IMG/VR virus record: IMGVR_UViG_3300009182_000072
Location: 1 to 58,640 of that record
Strand: one strand, 5' to 3'
Length of the DNA: 58,640 nt
Source of the DNA: a virus
Lineage: Duplodnaviria; Caudoviricetes
Below, piece after piece: positions 34,812 to 46,530 of the stretch. The position numbers were made by a program, and so were the translations under genes. How positions within the stretch are numbered: position 1 is the first letter of the stretch; the number at the start of each line of letters is the position of its first letter. A model generated the notes under the pieces. It did not search any database. It worked only from the letters and a program-made list of their open reading frames with translations, and had not been told where the DNA came from.

Positions 34812-37800
34812 ATGGCTACATCTTCTTTAATGAAGACCACTCTGCATAATTCTATTGCAGATGGTCTATACAATGAGATTACATCTAGATACTCAAGATA
34901 TTATTATTTCTTGGGTAGAACTCTTACATGGGAAGATGAGCTAACTCCACCAACACCTACTGATAGTTTTGCATATGAATTACAAACTCGTAATGAAATT
35001 ATTACGGCTAAAGAAATTAAGCCAACTGATATTGCTTATGTAGTATTAAGACATAATTGGGTTAGTGGAACTACATATGATCAATATGATGATCAATACT
35101 CTACTGAAGTTCAGGGTATTAACTTAACATCTGGTGGTTATAGTTATGGTTCAGCACCGAATGTTTATATTGGATCTCAGGGTGCGGTTACTTGGGTTGC
35201 TAATACATCATATGTTTATGGTACTATGGTTAAAGTTCAAGTATCAGCAAATGTTCAAAGAACTTATCTTGTAACAAATACTGGTGTTTCTGGAACTACT
35301 GCACCAACACATACTACTGGTACTGTTTTGAATGGTACTGGAACTTTGATGCTACAGTACTTTGCGCATAATGATGCAAATGGTTCTGGTGCAACTGCAG
35401 AAGCAACTGTTCTTGATGGGCAGATAATTGATATTTCATTAACAAATCGTGGTTCTGGTTATACATCTGCTCCAACAGTTGTAATTATTGGTGGTAATGG
35501 AACAGCTGCGGTAGCAACTGCTACAGTTACAATTGCACCTTCTGGAACTCAAAAATTAGAAGATGCTGTATTTTATGTAGTTACTGATGAGTATAATGTT
35601 TATCAGTGTTTAGATAATAACAATGGTAGTCCATCAACAGTAAAACCAACTGGCACTTCTTATGATACAATAGGAACAATGGATGGTTATCTGTGGAAAT
35701 TCCTTTATAACATTCCGATTGCATTAAGAAATAAATTCTTAACTGATGTTTACATGCCAGTTGTTACTGCGCTTCGTTCTCAATTTTATTCTGCTGGCAC
35801 ATTAAAAACTATTCGTCTTGATCAGTCTGGTTCTGGATATACTTCTGGATCAATTACTGTTCAGGGTGATGGTTATGCTACTGATGAAGAAATTTATTTA
35901 ACAGGAAAAGCACTATCTTCTGGTGGCTCTGGATATACATCTGCAACCATTAGTATTTCTCCTCCATTCGATGGCGTTTCTACATGGTCTGCAAGTAGCA
36001 CAGCTATTGTTAATCAGAAATTAACATATCAAAATAATGTATATCGTGTTGCAATTTCTGGTGTTACTGGATCTAGTGGACCAATACATCGTCATAATAC
36101 TATTGCAAATGGAACATCGGCACTTGAGTATATTGGTACTACAGCAACAGCTGAGGCTGTTATTACTAATAGCACAGTTACTGTTGGTTCTTTCACTATC
36201 GGTAAAATATATACAATAGCCAGTATGGGTACTACTACTAGTACTCAATGGAATACTATTGCTGGAACCAGTGCAATAACTTATACTGTTGGTAGTGTAT
36301 TTACCGCTGCTATTGCTGGTACTGGATTGGGAACTGGTACTGCTACATTTAAAACCATTACAGATTTAACATTGTATGGAATGATAAATAAAATTCAAGT
36401 TGTTGGTGGTGGTTCTGGATATACTTCTCCTCCTATTGTTAATTTTAGTGGCGGTAGTGGAACTGGCGCAGCAGCTGTTGCTGTTTTACAGAATGGGTCA
36501 ATTATACGTGTTGGTGTAACAGATCCAGGATATGACTATACATCTGCACCAACTATTACCTTTGGTACAATTTGGACAGGATTGACTTCACTAACAAATA
36601 TTGGTGATCAGATTTATTATTCAAATCGTTTATACACTGTGGCCAGTACTGGTTATACAGGTTCTGTTGCACCTATCCATGTTTCTGGAACTATAACAAA
36701 CTCACCAGCTTTTGCGTTTTCTACTGCGTTGACTTTAAATAGTACAGTTTATGTTTCTGGTAGATTATATAAAGTAACTACTGCAGGAACCACTTCTGTT
36801 GGAACAACTCCAACACATACTACTGGAACTGTGACAAATGGAACTGCTGCATTATTATATCTTGGTGCACCCGCAACATTAACATATGCTGGAACACAGG
36901 CTACTGCAACAACTTCTCTTAAATATGGTGCTGGTTATTCTGCATATCCTGCTATTACGTTTTCATCTCTTTCTGGTACTGGTGCCGCAGCTAACTTTAC
37001 TGGTGTAAAAACTGAGGCTAGTCTAATACCAATTTTTGCTGCAGATACTTCTGGGCAACAATGGCAAACAAGTACTGTATATACTGCAGGATTAAAACTC
37101 TGGTACAGCAATAGATTATATACAGTTACTGCAGGTGGTACTAGTGGAACTGTTGCACCATCTCATACATCTGGTACAATTTCAAATGGTACTACTACAC
37201 TATATTTTGAAGGTTTGTTTGGAGAATTAGTTGGTGTTCAGGTAGATGATCCAGGTGTTGGATATACATACGCTAACTTAAATGTAACTGGTGATGGTTC
37301 TGGAGCATCTATCTCTGCTGATCTATCTCCAGGTGATGTAAATACTCTACAAGCAAATATTGAATTACTTACTGTGGATGGTAAAATTACAAATTGCCCA
37401 ATTATTTCTGGTGGTTACGGATATGGCGCAGTAAATATAACTATAACTGGTGATGGGACTGGAGCAGCTGCTACAGCTGTTTTGAATAATGGTTCAATTG
37501 AGAAAATAACTATTACTAATCAAGGTTCTGGTTATCGTTGGGCGACAGTCACTATTACTGGTTCTGGATTTGGTGCCAGAGCAAGAGCAATCATTGGTCC
37601 ATACGGTGGTTACGGAAAAGAAGCACTTAACAATTTATTTGCTAAAACGCTAATGTTCTATAGTAACATATCCCAAGATAGAAATCAGGGTTTTGATGTT
37701 AATAATGATTATCGTCAACTTGGTATCATTAAATCACCACGTCAATATGGGAATACTAATCCATTAGTTGCAGTTCTTGCGTCGGCATGTTGGGTTATTA

Positions 37801-38099
37801 GTGGAACTGCAAATACAACACTGTTCCCAGTAGATTCTACTATTACTGATGACGCAGCTAAGAGATTTAGGATTGTTACAAATACTGGCACATCATTACT
37901 AGTTCAATCGCTTGATAATGCTGCTATTGTTTCTGGAACTAATTTTTCAAACACTAATGGAGATTTATTCACTGCATCTACAGTCACTCCACCAACAATA
38001 GATAAATACTCAGGTGACTTATTGTTTATTGATAACAAGCAAGCATTCACCCCAACTGCAGACGAGACAGTTACCCTTAGAACAGTTATTAAGTTCTAA
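34812..38099 (+). CDS. 8: baseplate wedge gp8 expanded with inserted carbohydrate-binding-like modules
   Basis: YYYFLGR, NWVSGTTYDQYDD, FYVVTDEYNVYQCLDNN, DGYLWKFLY, YRQLGII, SGDLLFIDN. Confidence 0.88.
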   Translation: MATSSLMKTTLHNSIADGLYNEITSRYSRYYYFLGRTLTWEDELTPPTPTDSFAYELQTRNEIITAKEIKPTDIAYVVLRHNWVSGTTYDQYDDQYSTEVQGINLTSGGYSYGSAPNVYIGSQGAVTWVANTSYVYGTMVKVQVSANVQRTYLVTNTGVSGTTAPTHTTGTVLNGTGTLMLQYFAHNDANGSGATAEATVLDGQIIDISLTNRGSGYTSAPTVVIIGGNGTAAVATATVTIAPSGTQKLEDAVFYVVTDEYNVYQCLDNNNGSPSTVKPTGTSYDTIGTMDGYLWKFLYNIPIALRNKFLTDVYMPVVTALRSQFYSAGTLKTIRLDQSGSGYTSGSITVQGDGYATDEEIYLTGKALSSGGSGYTSATISISPPFDGVSTWSASSTAIVNQKLTYQNNVYRVAISGVTGSSGPIHRHNTIANGTSALEYIGTTATAEAVITNSTVTVGSFTIGKIYTIASMGTTTSTQWNTIAGTSAITYTVGSVFTAAIAGTGLGTGTATFKTITDLTLYGMINKIQVVGGGSGYTSPPIVNFSGGSGTGAAAVAVLQNGSIIRVGVTDPGYDYTSAPTITFGTIWTGLTSLTNIGDQIYYSNRLYTVASTGYTGSVAPIHVSGTITNSPAFAFSTALTLNSTVYVSGRLYKVTTAGTTSVGTTPTHTTGTVTNGTAALLYLGAPATLTYAGTQATATTSLKYGAGYSAYPAITFSSLSGTGAAANFTGVKTEASLIPIFAADTSGQQWQTSTVYTAGLKLWYSNRLYTVTAGGTSGTVAPSHTSGTISNGTTTLYFEGLFGELVGVQVDDPGVGYTYANLNVTGDGSGASISADLSPGDVNTLQANIELLTVDGKITNCPIISGGYGYGAVNITITGDGTGAAATAVLNNGSIEKITITNQGSGYRWATVTITGSGFGARARAIIGPYGGYGKEALNNLFAKTLMFYSNISQDRNQGFDVNNDYRQLGIIKSPRQYGNTNPLVAVLASACWVISGTANTTLFPVDSTITDDAAKRFRIVTNTGTSLLVQSLDNAAIVSGTNFSNTNGDLFTASTVTPPTIDKYSGDLLFIDNKQAFTPTADETVTLRTVIKF

Positions 38100-38135
38100 T
38101 AAATAATAGAGATTACTTACAGGACATAGTTCACA

Positions 38136-41100
38136 ATGTTAGACTTTAATACCGAACCATATAATGATGATTTTGACGAAAATAATAAATTTCACAGAAT
38201 TTTATTTCGTCCAAGTTATGCTGTTCAAGCTAGAGAATTAACTCAACTTCAGTCTATCCTGCAGAATCAGATTAAGCGTCATGGAGATCATGTATTCAAA
38301 CAGGGTGCTATGGTTATCCCTGGTCAGATCTCACTAGATACAAAACTTAGTTATGTAAAATTAGAAGTATTTAACTCTGCTGGTGATGTAACTGAAACTT
38401 TTATTGCTAATTTAGCTGGCAAGACTTTAGTTGGTGAGAGCGGATTAACTGCTCAAATTATTGCAATATCAAATGCAGATGGTTCAGATCCAACTACACT
38501 ATTTGTTCGTTATACTTCTAGTGCTGACGATACTACAACAAAGGTATTTGCTGATGGTGAAATTCTAACTACATCAGATGATGCGTATACAGTAACTGCC
38601 TTAGCTTCTGACGCTACTGGTACTGGTTCAGCTGCAACTATCGAACGTGGTGTTTACTATGTTAATGGGTTCTTCGTTCTATGCGATACTCAAACTATTG
38701 TTCTAGACAAATATACAAATACACCTTCATATAGAGTTGGTTTAACTATTGATGAGCAGAAAGTTACACCAGAAGATACTGGGTATGAGTCACTTCTTGA
38801 TAATGCACAAAACAGTTATAACTATGCTGCTCCAGGTGCACATCGTTACTATATCGATTTAATTCTTACTAAGTTAGCACCAGATTCTACTGATGACGTT
38901 GATTTCATTGAACTTCTTTCTGTAAATGAAGGACAGGTTAAACGTGAAGTTACTAAAACAGCTTATGCTGAAATTGAGAAAACCCTTGCTCGTCGTACAT
39001 ATGACGAGTCTGGTAACTATACTACAAAACCATTTAAGATTGATATTCGTGAACATAGAAATAACAATCGTGGAACTTGGGTCGCCAACAAAGCATATTT
39101 GATTGGTGATGTAGTTACATATGACACTAACATCTATGTTGCCAAGAATTCTTCAACTTCTGTAAATATTCCACCAACACATACTACTGGAACATCATAT
39201 GATGGTGCTTCTTCAACTGGTATTAATTGGGAATATAATTTAAACCCATTCTACAATCGTGGTATCTATAGACCAGAGGATGGTGGAGATGAAGCCAACC
39301 TAGCAGTTGGTATGGAACCAGGTAAAGCATATGTTCAGGGTTATGAGATCGAAAAGATCGCAACTGAATATGTTACTGTTCCAAAGGCACGTGATTTTGT
39401 GCAAACTAGCAATACATATTTAACTGCTCCAATGGGCAACTTTGTATATATTGCAAATACAAATTCGTTGCCGCCATTTGATTCAACAAGTGGTATGCCA
39501 ACAATTACCCTTTATAATAGATTCACTTCTTCTGTTGGTGTTGCTCCGAGTGGTGCAACTGCAGTTGGTACTGCACGTGTTCGTGGTATTGAATGGGATA
39601 GTGGCACACTTGGTTCTATAAGTGCTGTTTATAAACTTTACCTATTTGACGTAACAATGTCAAATGGATATGATTTCAATAGAGATGTAAAATCATTATA
39701 CTATAGCCGTTCTGATACTAATTTAAACTTTACTGCTGATATAAATTCACTTGTTACTCAGTTGGTCGGTTCTGCAACAACTTATTCTTCATACCCAACT
39801 AAGGGTGCTTCAACTACTTTAATTGGTATTGGTTCAGCATGGCAGGGTGGAACTTCAGCTAGCCCAGCACTTAAGGTTGGTGATTATATTCGCATCGGTC
39901 CAAATACTTCTACGAATGTTCGTAGAGTTACAACTATTACAAATAATGGAACTATTGTAGTAGATTCCTCAGTCACTGCTGATGGCGATATTATTTACTT
40001 GATATCAACTAAAATCCAAGAACCACAAAACAATAAACTGATTTATCCGCTTCCAAATTACGCAATCAAATCTGTTCGTGATGCTACTTCAGCAAAACAG
40101 ATTATCTATTATGGAATGCAGTATCTAAGTGGTACTTCAACGTCAATTTCTGGCGGTGCATGTACGCTAACTATCAACACAACTGCTGGTGTTTTTGCAG
40201 ATTCTGCTGAAACTGATAACTATATCGTTGTATGGTATGATGCTACTTCTGGCGGTACAGTTGTTCTACCAAATTCTATTAGTGCTGGTGGTTCTTCATC
40301 TATTACGTTCACTCTACCATCTTCATACGCATCTTCTAACTTTATTGTCATGGCCACAATTAAGAAGATTGGTTCTGATGGCGGTGAGAAAACAAAGACA
40401 CTACAAACTGTTACTCAAACATATACAACACAAGCTGCTACAACTAAAGCAATTCTATCTCTTGGTAAAGCAGACGTATTGAGAATCAAATCTATTTACA
40501 TGGATACTGGTTCTTTTGCTTCACCATCTGGAACATACACTGTTGATATTTTTGATCGTTATGATTTTGATAATGGTCAACGAGATACTCACTATGATCT
40601 TGGTCGTTTGATTTTAAAGAGTTCATTTGCTCCTCCATCTGCACCAATCTCTGTAACTTTTGAATATTTCTCGCATTCATCTGGTGATTATTTTACAGTA
40701 AATTCATATCCATCAACTATTTCTCGTAAAGATATTCCACCGTACAATGGTGTTTCTCTACGTGACGTATTAGATTTTCGTCCACGTATTAGTGATGCTG
40801 GAACAACATTCTCTGGATCTGGTTCATCTTTTGCGATGACACCTAAACGTGGTCAGGATATTACTGTTTCATATTCTTACTACCTTTCTCGTAAAGATAA
40901 AATTGCAATTTCTCCAGATGGTTCATTCTTTGATGTTACTGGAGTTTCTTCATTAAGTCCATCAGAACCAGTTGATCCTGCTACTGGAATGGTTCTTTAT
41001 AAACTTACTCTTGAGCCATATACTTTTGGAACTTCAAACGCCAACATCATTATCGATCAGGTAGATAATAAACGATATACAATGCGTGATATCGGTAAAC

Positions 41101-44100
41101 TTGAAAAGCGTATTGATAATCTAGAGTACTATACTTCTCTAACATTATTAGAACAAGAAACTAAAGGTCTTACTATCACAGACACTACTGGTCTTGATAG
41201 ATTTAAAAATGGTTTTATTGTTGATGCATTCACTGGTCATAATGTTGGTAATGTGTTATCTCCAGATTACCTATGTTCAGTTGATATGCAGAATGGTGAA
41301 TTGCGTCCATTCTATGTAATGGACAATGTAAACCTTGTTGAGAGTTTGTCAAACGATGGAGATCGTACAACTGCTGGGTATAAAGTTTATGGTGATGTAA
41401 TTACACTACCATTAAATTCTACCACACCACATGTACCATTGGTTACTCAACAATATGCTTCTCGTCTAGAGAATATTAACCCATTCGCTATCTTTACATT
41501 CCTTGGCGATATTCGTTTGAACCCATCTTCAGATGACTGGTTTGAAGTTGCCCGTGCTCCAGATATCGTTCGTAATGTGGAAGGTAACTTTAATACTATT
41601 GCTGCGCTTGCAACTCAAGCTGGAATTCTCGGAACTATCTGGAATGCATGGCAAGTTAATTGGATCGGTCAACCAGTTCCAACTGGTGGATCTTTAATTC
41701 AGTATACAACTGGTTCAAACTGGGCAAATGATCGTGCGCTTGGTGAAGGTGCTACTTACATTAACGTAGATGAATTTAATCAGCGTTTTGGTACTGCTGG
41801 CGCTGGCGGTCCAGCACGTCAGGTTTATGTTTCAACTAGCGCACAAACTGGAACTAGATCTAGAACTGGTGTTAAATCAACTCTTGCAGTTCAAATGGAA
41901 CGTCAGGTTGTTGATGATAAAGTTATCTCAACAGCGTTAATTCCTTATATCCGTAGTCGTAATATTCTGGTTCAGGTTAAGAAACTAAAACCAAATACTA
42001 CTTTCTATCCATATTTTGATAACACTAGCGTATCAGATTACTGCACACCATCTTCATACTTCACATATACTCTACCTTCTGCGACTTCAACAGATTTTGA
42101 AACTGCAAAGAACTCTGGTAGTTTAGCAAATTCAACTGCTCGTATTATCAATAACATCTCTGGTGTATTAACCGCAGACGATGCTGGCAATATGTGTTTG
42201 AATGTTGGTGATGTAATTACTGGTGCTTCTTCAGCTGCAACTGGTGTTGTAGTTGGTAAAGAGTATGATATGGAAAGTGGAGTTAGAAAACTCCATGTAA
42301 TGAATATCAAGGGTACATTCACTCTTAATGAACAAATCTCTGGTTCAATCTCTGGTGCTGTTGGAACATTAACTGCCAAAGAAAATAACAAGTCTCAGGG
42401 TGCTGCTCTTGTAACTAATTCTATTGGTGATCTAAACTTTATCTATCATATTCCAAATACCAGTTCTATTAACTTTAGAACTGGTACTCGTGAATTTAAA
42501 CTACTTGACGTAAGCACTGTTACTGGTCAACAGTCATCTTCTGCTAAGACTCAATATGAAGCAACTGGTATTCTAGAGACAAAGCAACAGACTGTTCTTT
42601 CTATTCGTAATGCTCATATTATTCAAGAGATCGTTGCTGAGAATGATACTGTTTCTCGTACTATTGAGCGTGTTGCACGTGATACTGGTTGGTATGATCC
42701 ACTTGCTCAAACATTCTTGGTTCAAAATCCAGGTGGTGCTTTCTTAAGTAAAGTTGATATTTTCTTTGCAACTAGAGATAGTCAACTTCCTGTAACATTA
42801 CAAATTCGTGATGTTGTAAATGGATATCCAGGTAAGCGTGTTCTACCTTTCTCAGAAGTTACATTGAACCCATCTCAGGTTAATATCTCTTCAACTACTG
42901 TTGCGATGACTGATGGTTCTGGATCTAACTATCCAAAGTATGATACACCAACTACTTTCACTTTCCCATCTCCTGTTTATGTTCAGGATGGTGAAGAGTA
43001 TTGTATCGTTCTAGCATCTGACTCAAACAACTACAAAGTTTGGATTAGTCAGATGGGTGATATTATCCCAGCTTCTTCAAGAACTATTTCTGAACAACCA
43101 TATGCTGGTGTTCTCTTTAAGTCACAGAATGCATCAACTTGGACAGCAAACCAAGATCAAGATTTAAAGTTTACGGTTTATCGTGCAAACTTTGACACGC
43201 TAGTAACTGGTAGCGTTGTATTTACAAATGACGTATTACCTACTCCAGTTATTGACACAGATCCTTTTGAAACTGTATCTGGAACTAACAAAATTCGTGT
43301 GTGGCATCGTGACCATGGTTTATTTACAGGTTCTAAAGTTCAATTTGATAATACTGATACCACAGTTTACGCTGGTGAAGCATCTTCTGGTGGTACTATT
43401 ACTACTTCAACTTCTAGCACTACAGTTACTGGTACTGGAACATTGTTTATAACTGACTTTACTGCTTCTGGTGCTGCTTTATTCCGAGCATCTGATGGTA
43501 AGTGTATCGGTATCGTTGACCATGTAACAAATGATACTACATTGGTATTGAAAGCCAATGCCTCAGTTACAATCGGTACTGGAGTTGCTTATAAGTATGC
43601 ACTTCCAATCAATGGAATTCCTGTTACTGAAATTTATCATGATACTCTTGGTGCTGCTATTACTCAAACTATTAGTGATGTTGATCTAGATTCATACTGT
43701 ATTACTGTTACTACAAGCGCATCAACTACTGGTTATACTGGTGGAGATATGGTTCGTGCTGGTTATAACGTAATCTATGACGTAGTTCAACCAAGTATTC
43801 AATACCAAAACTTCCCAGATACTAATTGTGATTTTACATTCAAAGGAACTTCTGGTAAGTCTGTTGATGGTAGCGAAAGTCCGTATGTTCTTGGAACTTA
43901 TTCTGGAGTTACACCGAATGATAGTAACTATCTAAATGCTCCTGGAGTTATTGCTTCCACAATCAATCAGTCTACTTTTGTTGGCTCTAAGACTGCTTTC
44001 TTGCAAGCAACTATCTCGTCATCAAATAGTTCTGTTACACCAATTATTGATACTCATAGAACATCGCTAATTACTGTTTCTAATAAGCTGAATAATCCAT

Positions 44101-45230
44101 CTCAAGATAATGTCAATGTGGCTAATCTTGATGATAGAACTCTCTTCACTGGTGCAACTGGTGCATATAGTTTTGCAAATGCTGGATCTGCATGGACAGC
44201 AAATACTGCTAAAGTTGTTGGTGATCAAGTAAACTATGCTGGTAATTTATATACTGTAACTCAGGCTGGCACAACTGGAAATGTAGCACCAACTCATACT
44301 GTAGGTAGTGTTTCAAATACACCATTAAATAGTACATTATCTGGAGTTATAATTACTGGAACTGCAGGACAATTTAGCTGTACATCAACTTCTTTATCTC
44401 TGGGGCAACCAATAACTATTACTGGAAGCTATGGTGGTACTGGTTCTATTACTAGCTACGCAACTGGTACTACATATTATATTATTACAACAAATGGTAC
44501 AACTACCTTTACATTATCTGCGAGTTTAGGTGGTTCCGCAATTACTACAACTGCAGGAACTCCAACTGGTTTAACGTACACAACTACTGGCGGAACATTA
44601 GTATTAACATACGCTGGTAACTCTTCAACTATTACTTCTACCAATGCTGCAGTTTGTGCCCTAATACAAACTGTCTCTGTTGGTAAATACGTAACAATAT
44701 CAAGTGCAACTACTGCTGGAAACAATGGTACTTACCTAGTTACTAAAGTAGCTGGTGATGGTTCTACAACTGGAACTATTACTATCCTTAAGACTAGTAC
44801 TACTACTGCCGAAGCAGCAGTAAGTGGAACCACAGTTAAACTAAGAACTTTATTCGTAGATGAAATTGCTCCAAAGGGTAGTACATCGGTTAATAAATAT
44901 ATCTCGAAAGCGATTAAATTAGAAAACCCATCTAGTTTCTTTAGAGTAAGATTATCAACTAACTGCCCAAGCGATTCAAACGTATTGGTATATTACAAGA
45001 CTAATCCAGTTGGATCTACTCAAGACTTAGAATTGGTTAACTGGACATTGAGTTCTCCAGATTATCCTATTAAGAAAGTTCAGAACGGTAATGGAACATT
45101 CTATGATGTGGATTACTCTGAAGAGAATCTAGTCCCGTTTGATTCTATCGCTGTTAAGATCGTAATGCAGTCTACTAATAGTTCTGCACCTCCAAGAATC
45201 AAAGATTTGAGAATTATTGCCTGCGCATAA
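38136..45230 (+). CDS. large VrlC/DUF4815-like baseplate or fibre structural protein
   Basis: PYNDDFD...LFRPSYAVQARELTQLQS, LARRTYDESG, RYTMRDIG, RFKNGF, DPLAQTF, LFKSQN, PRIKDLRIIA; late box ATAAATA at 38099-38105. Confidence 0.85.
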   Translation: MLDFNTEPYNDDFDENNKFHRILFRPSYAVQARELTQLQSILQNQIKRHGDHVFKQGAMVIPGQISLDTKLSYVKLEVFNSAGDVTETFIANLAGKTLVGESGLTAQIIAISNADGSDPTTLFVRYTSSADDTTTKVFADGEILTTSDDAYTVTALASDATGTGSAATIERGVYYVNGFFVLCDTQTIVLDKYTNTPSYRVGLTIDEQKVTPEDTGYESLLDNAQNSYNYAAPGAHRYYIDLILTKLAPDSTDDVDFIELLSVNEGQVKREVTKTAYAEIEKTLARRTYDESGNYTTKPFKIDIREHRNNNRGTWVANKAYLIGDVVTYDTNIYVAKNSSTSVNIPPTHTTGTSYDGASSTGINWEYNLNPFYNRGIYRPEDGGDEANLAVGMEPGKAYVQGYEIEKIATEYVTVPKARDFVQTSNTYLTAPMGNFVYIANTNSLPPFDSTSGMPTITLYNRFTSSVGVAPSGATAVGTARVRGIEWDSGTLGSISAVYKLYLFDVTMSNGYDFNRDVKSLYYSRSDTNLNFTADINSLVTQLVGSATTYSSYPTKGASTTLIGIGSAWQGGTSASPALKVGDYIRIGPNTSTNVRRVTTITNNGTIVVDSSVTADGDIIYLISTKIQEPQNNKLIYPLPNYAIKSVRDATSAKQIIYYGMQYLSGTSTSISGGACTLTINTTAGVFADSAETDNYIVVWYDATSGGTVVLPNSISAGGSSSITFTLPSSYASSNFIVMATIKKIGSDGGEKTKTLQTVTQTYTTQAATTKAILSLGKADVLRIKSIYMDTGSFASPSGTYTVDIFDRYDFDNGQRDTHYDLGRLILKSSFAPPSAPISVTFEYFSHSSGDYFTVNSYPSTISRKDIPPYNGVSLRDVLDFRPRISDAGTTFSGSGSSFAMTPKRGQDITVSYSYYLSRKDKIAISPDGSFFDVTGVSSLSPSEPVDPATGMVLYKLTLEPYTFGTSNANIIIDQVDNKRYTMRDIGKLEKRIDNLEYYTSLTLLEQETKGLTITDTTGLDRFKNGFIVDAFTGHNVGNVLSPDYLCSVDMQNGELRPFYVMDNVNLVESLSNDGDRTTAGYKVYGDVITLPLNSTTPHVPLVTQQYASRLENINPFAIFTFLGDIRLNPSSDDWFEVARAPDIVRNVEGNFNTIAALATQAGILGTIWNAWQVNWIGQPVPTGGSLIQYTTGSNWANDRALGEGATYINVDEFNQRFGTAGAGGPARQVYVSTSAQTGTRSRTGVKSTLAVQMERQVVDDKVISTALIPYIRSRNILVQVKKLKPNTTFYPYFDNTSVSDYCTPSSYFTYTLPSATSTDFETAKNSGSLANSTARIINNISGVLTADDAGNMCLNVGDVITGASSAATGVVVGKEYDMESGVRKLHVMNIKGTFTLNEQISGSISGAVGTLTAKENNKSQGAALVTNSIGDLNFIYHIPNTSSINFRTGTREFKLLDVSTVTGQQSSSAKTQYEATGILETKQQTVLSIRNAHIIQEIVAENDTVSRTIERVARDTGWYDPLAQTFLVQNPGGAFLSKVDIFFATRDSQLPVTLQIRDVVNGYPGKRVLPFSEVTLNPSQVNISSTTVAMTDGSGSNYPKYDTPTTFTFPSPVYVQDGEEYCIVLASDSNNYKVWISQMGDIIPASSRTISEQPYAGVLFKSQNASTWTANQDQDLKFTVYRANFDTLVTGSVVFTNDVLPTPVIDTDPFETVSGTNKIRVWHRDHGLFTGSKVQFDNTDTTVYAGEASSGGTITTSTSSTTVTGTGTLFITDFTASGAALFRASDGKCIGIVDHVTNDTTLVLKANASVTIGTGVAYKYALPINGIPVTEIYHDTLGAAITQTISDVDLDSYCITVTTSASTTGYTGGDMVRAGYNVIYDVVQPSIQYQNFPDTNCDFTFKGTSGKSVDGSESPYVLGTYSGVTPNDSNYLNAPGVIASTINQSTFVGSKTAFLQATISSSNSSVTPIIDTHRTSLITVSNKLNNPSQDNVNVANLDDRTLFTGATGAYSFANAGSAWTANTAKVVGDQVNYAGNLYTVTQAGTTGNVAPTHTVGSVSNTPLNSTLSGVIITGTAGQFSCTSTSLSLGQPITITGSYGGTGSITSYATGTTYYIITTNGTTTFTLSASLGGSAITTTAGTPTGLTYTTTGGTLVLTYAGNSSTITSTNAAVCALIQTVSVGKYVTISSATTAGNNGTYLVTKVAGDGSTTGTITILKTSTTTAEAAVSGTTVKLRTLFVDEIAPKGSTSVNKYISKAIKLENPSSFFRVRLSTNCPSDSNVLVYYKTNPVGSTQDLELVNWTLSSPDYPIKKVQNGNGTFYDVDYSEENLVPFDSIAVKIVMQSTNSSAPPRIKDLRIIACA

Positions 45231-45231
45231 T

Positions 45232-45462
45232 ATGTATATAAAAGTTGAAGGAAATTCGGGATTAGTTAGGGATGTTGACACTATGGCAATCCTAAATACT
45301 AATAGAGCAGACTATGATAATTATATTCGTAAAAAAGAATCCCTAATGTCCGATAAAGATCAAATAGCTAATCAGGCAATAGAAATAAATAACCTAAAAC
45401 AAGATTTGAGCGAAATCAAACACATGCTATCAGCATTATTGCAAGCCAGCACAAAAGGATAA
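45232..45462 (+). CDS. small coiled-coil protein following VrlC
   Basis: KVEGNSGLVRD..TMAILN; C-terminal heptads. Confidence 0.75.
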   Translation: MYIKVEGNSGLVRDVDTMAILNTNRADYDNYIRKKESLMSDKDQIANQAIEINNLKQDLSEIKHMLSALLQASTKG

Positions 45463-45469
45463 GTAGAAA

Positions 45470-46513
45470 ATGTCAACATTAACCTTAAGAGCGACTAAAG
45501 GTTCACCTCTTACCAATACTGAAGTCGATAATAACTTTAGTAACCTAAACACAGATAAACTGGAAGCCACCTATGCTGGTGCTATGAACAGTTTAACTGG
45601 CGGTACTTCTATTGTTACTCTTGGCACTATTGGTACTGGTGTTTGGAATGGTACTATTATTACTGGTCAATATGGTGGCACTGGCGTAGCAAATACTGGT
45701 AAAACTATTACACTTGGTGGTAACCTAACTACCTCTGGCGCATTTACTACTACGCTTACTGTATCTGCAAATACTAGCGTAACACTACCAACAACTGGTA
45801 CTCTTGCCACTCTTACTGGCACAGAATCTCTAACAAATAAGAAACTTGGTAGTTTAACTACTAATGGTCTTGTTACTACTTCTGGTGCAGATGGTACTCT
45901 TAGTGTTACAACTCTTGGTACTGGCGTAGCAACATTCTTATCTACTCCATCATCAGCAAACCTTATTTCTGTTGTTACTGATGAGACTGGTACTGGTTCT
46001 CTAGTATTCGCAACTAGCCCAACTCTAACTACTCCTACTATCGGTGTTGCAACTGCTACTAGTGTTAACAAAGTTGCTATTACTGCTCCAGCTACGTCAG
46101 CTACTTTGACTATTGCTGATGGAACTACAATATCTACTGCTGGTAATTTTAGCACTAGTGGTGCGTTTGCTCTAACATTAACTACTACTGCAGGAACTAA
46201 CGTAACCTTACCTATAAGTGGTACTCTGGTAAATACCGCAGTAACTACCCTAAGTAGTCTAGTATCTATTGGTACTATTACTACTGGTGTTTGGTCAGCT
46301 ACTGCGATTGGACCAACAAAGGGTGGTACTGGTTTAACTACTTACGCTACTGGGGATATGATTTATGCTTCCGCAGCAAACACCCTAAGTAAATTAACAG
46401 TAGGTACAGATGGACAAGTTTTAACGCTGGCAAGTGGAGTGCCTACATGGTCAACTTCTACAGCAGCATCAACTGGCAAGGCTATTGCCATGGCAATAGT
46501 TTTCGGCGCATAA
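45470..46513 (+). CDS. Thr-rich tail fibre-like structural protein
   Basis: LRATKGSPLTNTEVDNNF N-terminus; GGTG repeats; TGKAIAMAIVFG C-terminus. Confidence 0.75.
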   Translation: MSTLTLRATKGSPLTNTEVDNNFSNLNTDKLEATYAGAMNSLTGGTSIVTLGTIGTGVWNGTIITGQYGGTGVANTGKTITLGGNLTTSGAFTTTLTVSANTSVTLPTTGTLATLTGTESLTNKKLGSLTTNGLVTTSGADGTLSVTTLGTGVATFLSTPSSANLISVVTDETGTGSLVFATSPTLTTPTIGVATATSVNKVAITAPATSATLTIADGTTISTAGNFSTSGAFALTLTTTAGTNVTLPISGTLVNTAVTTLSSLVSIGTITTGVWSATAIGPTKGGTGLTTYATGDMIYASAANTLSKLTVGTDGQVLTLASGVPTWSTSTAASTGKAIAMAIVFGA

Positions 46514-46530
46514 TTTAAAGAGGAAATAAA

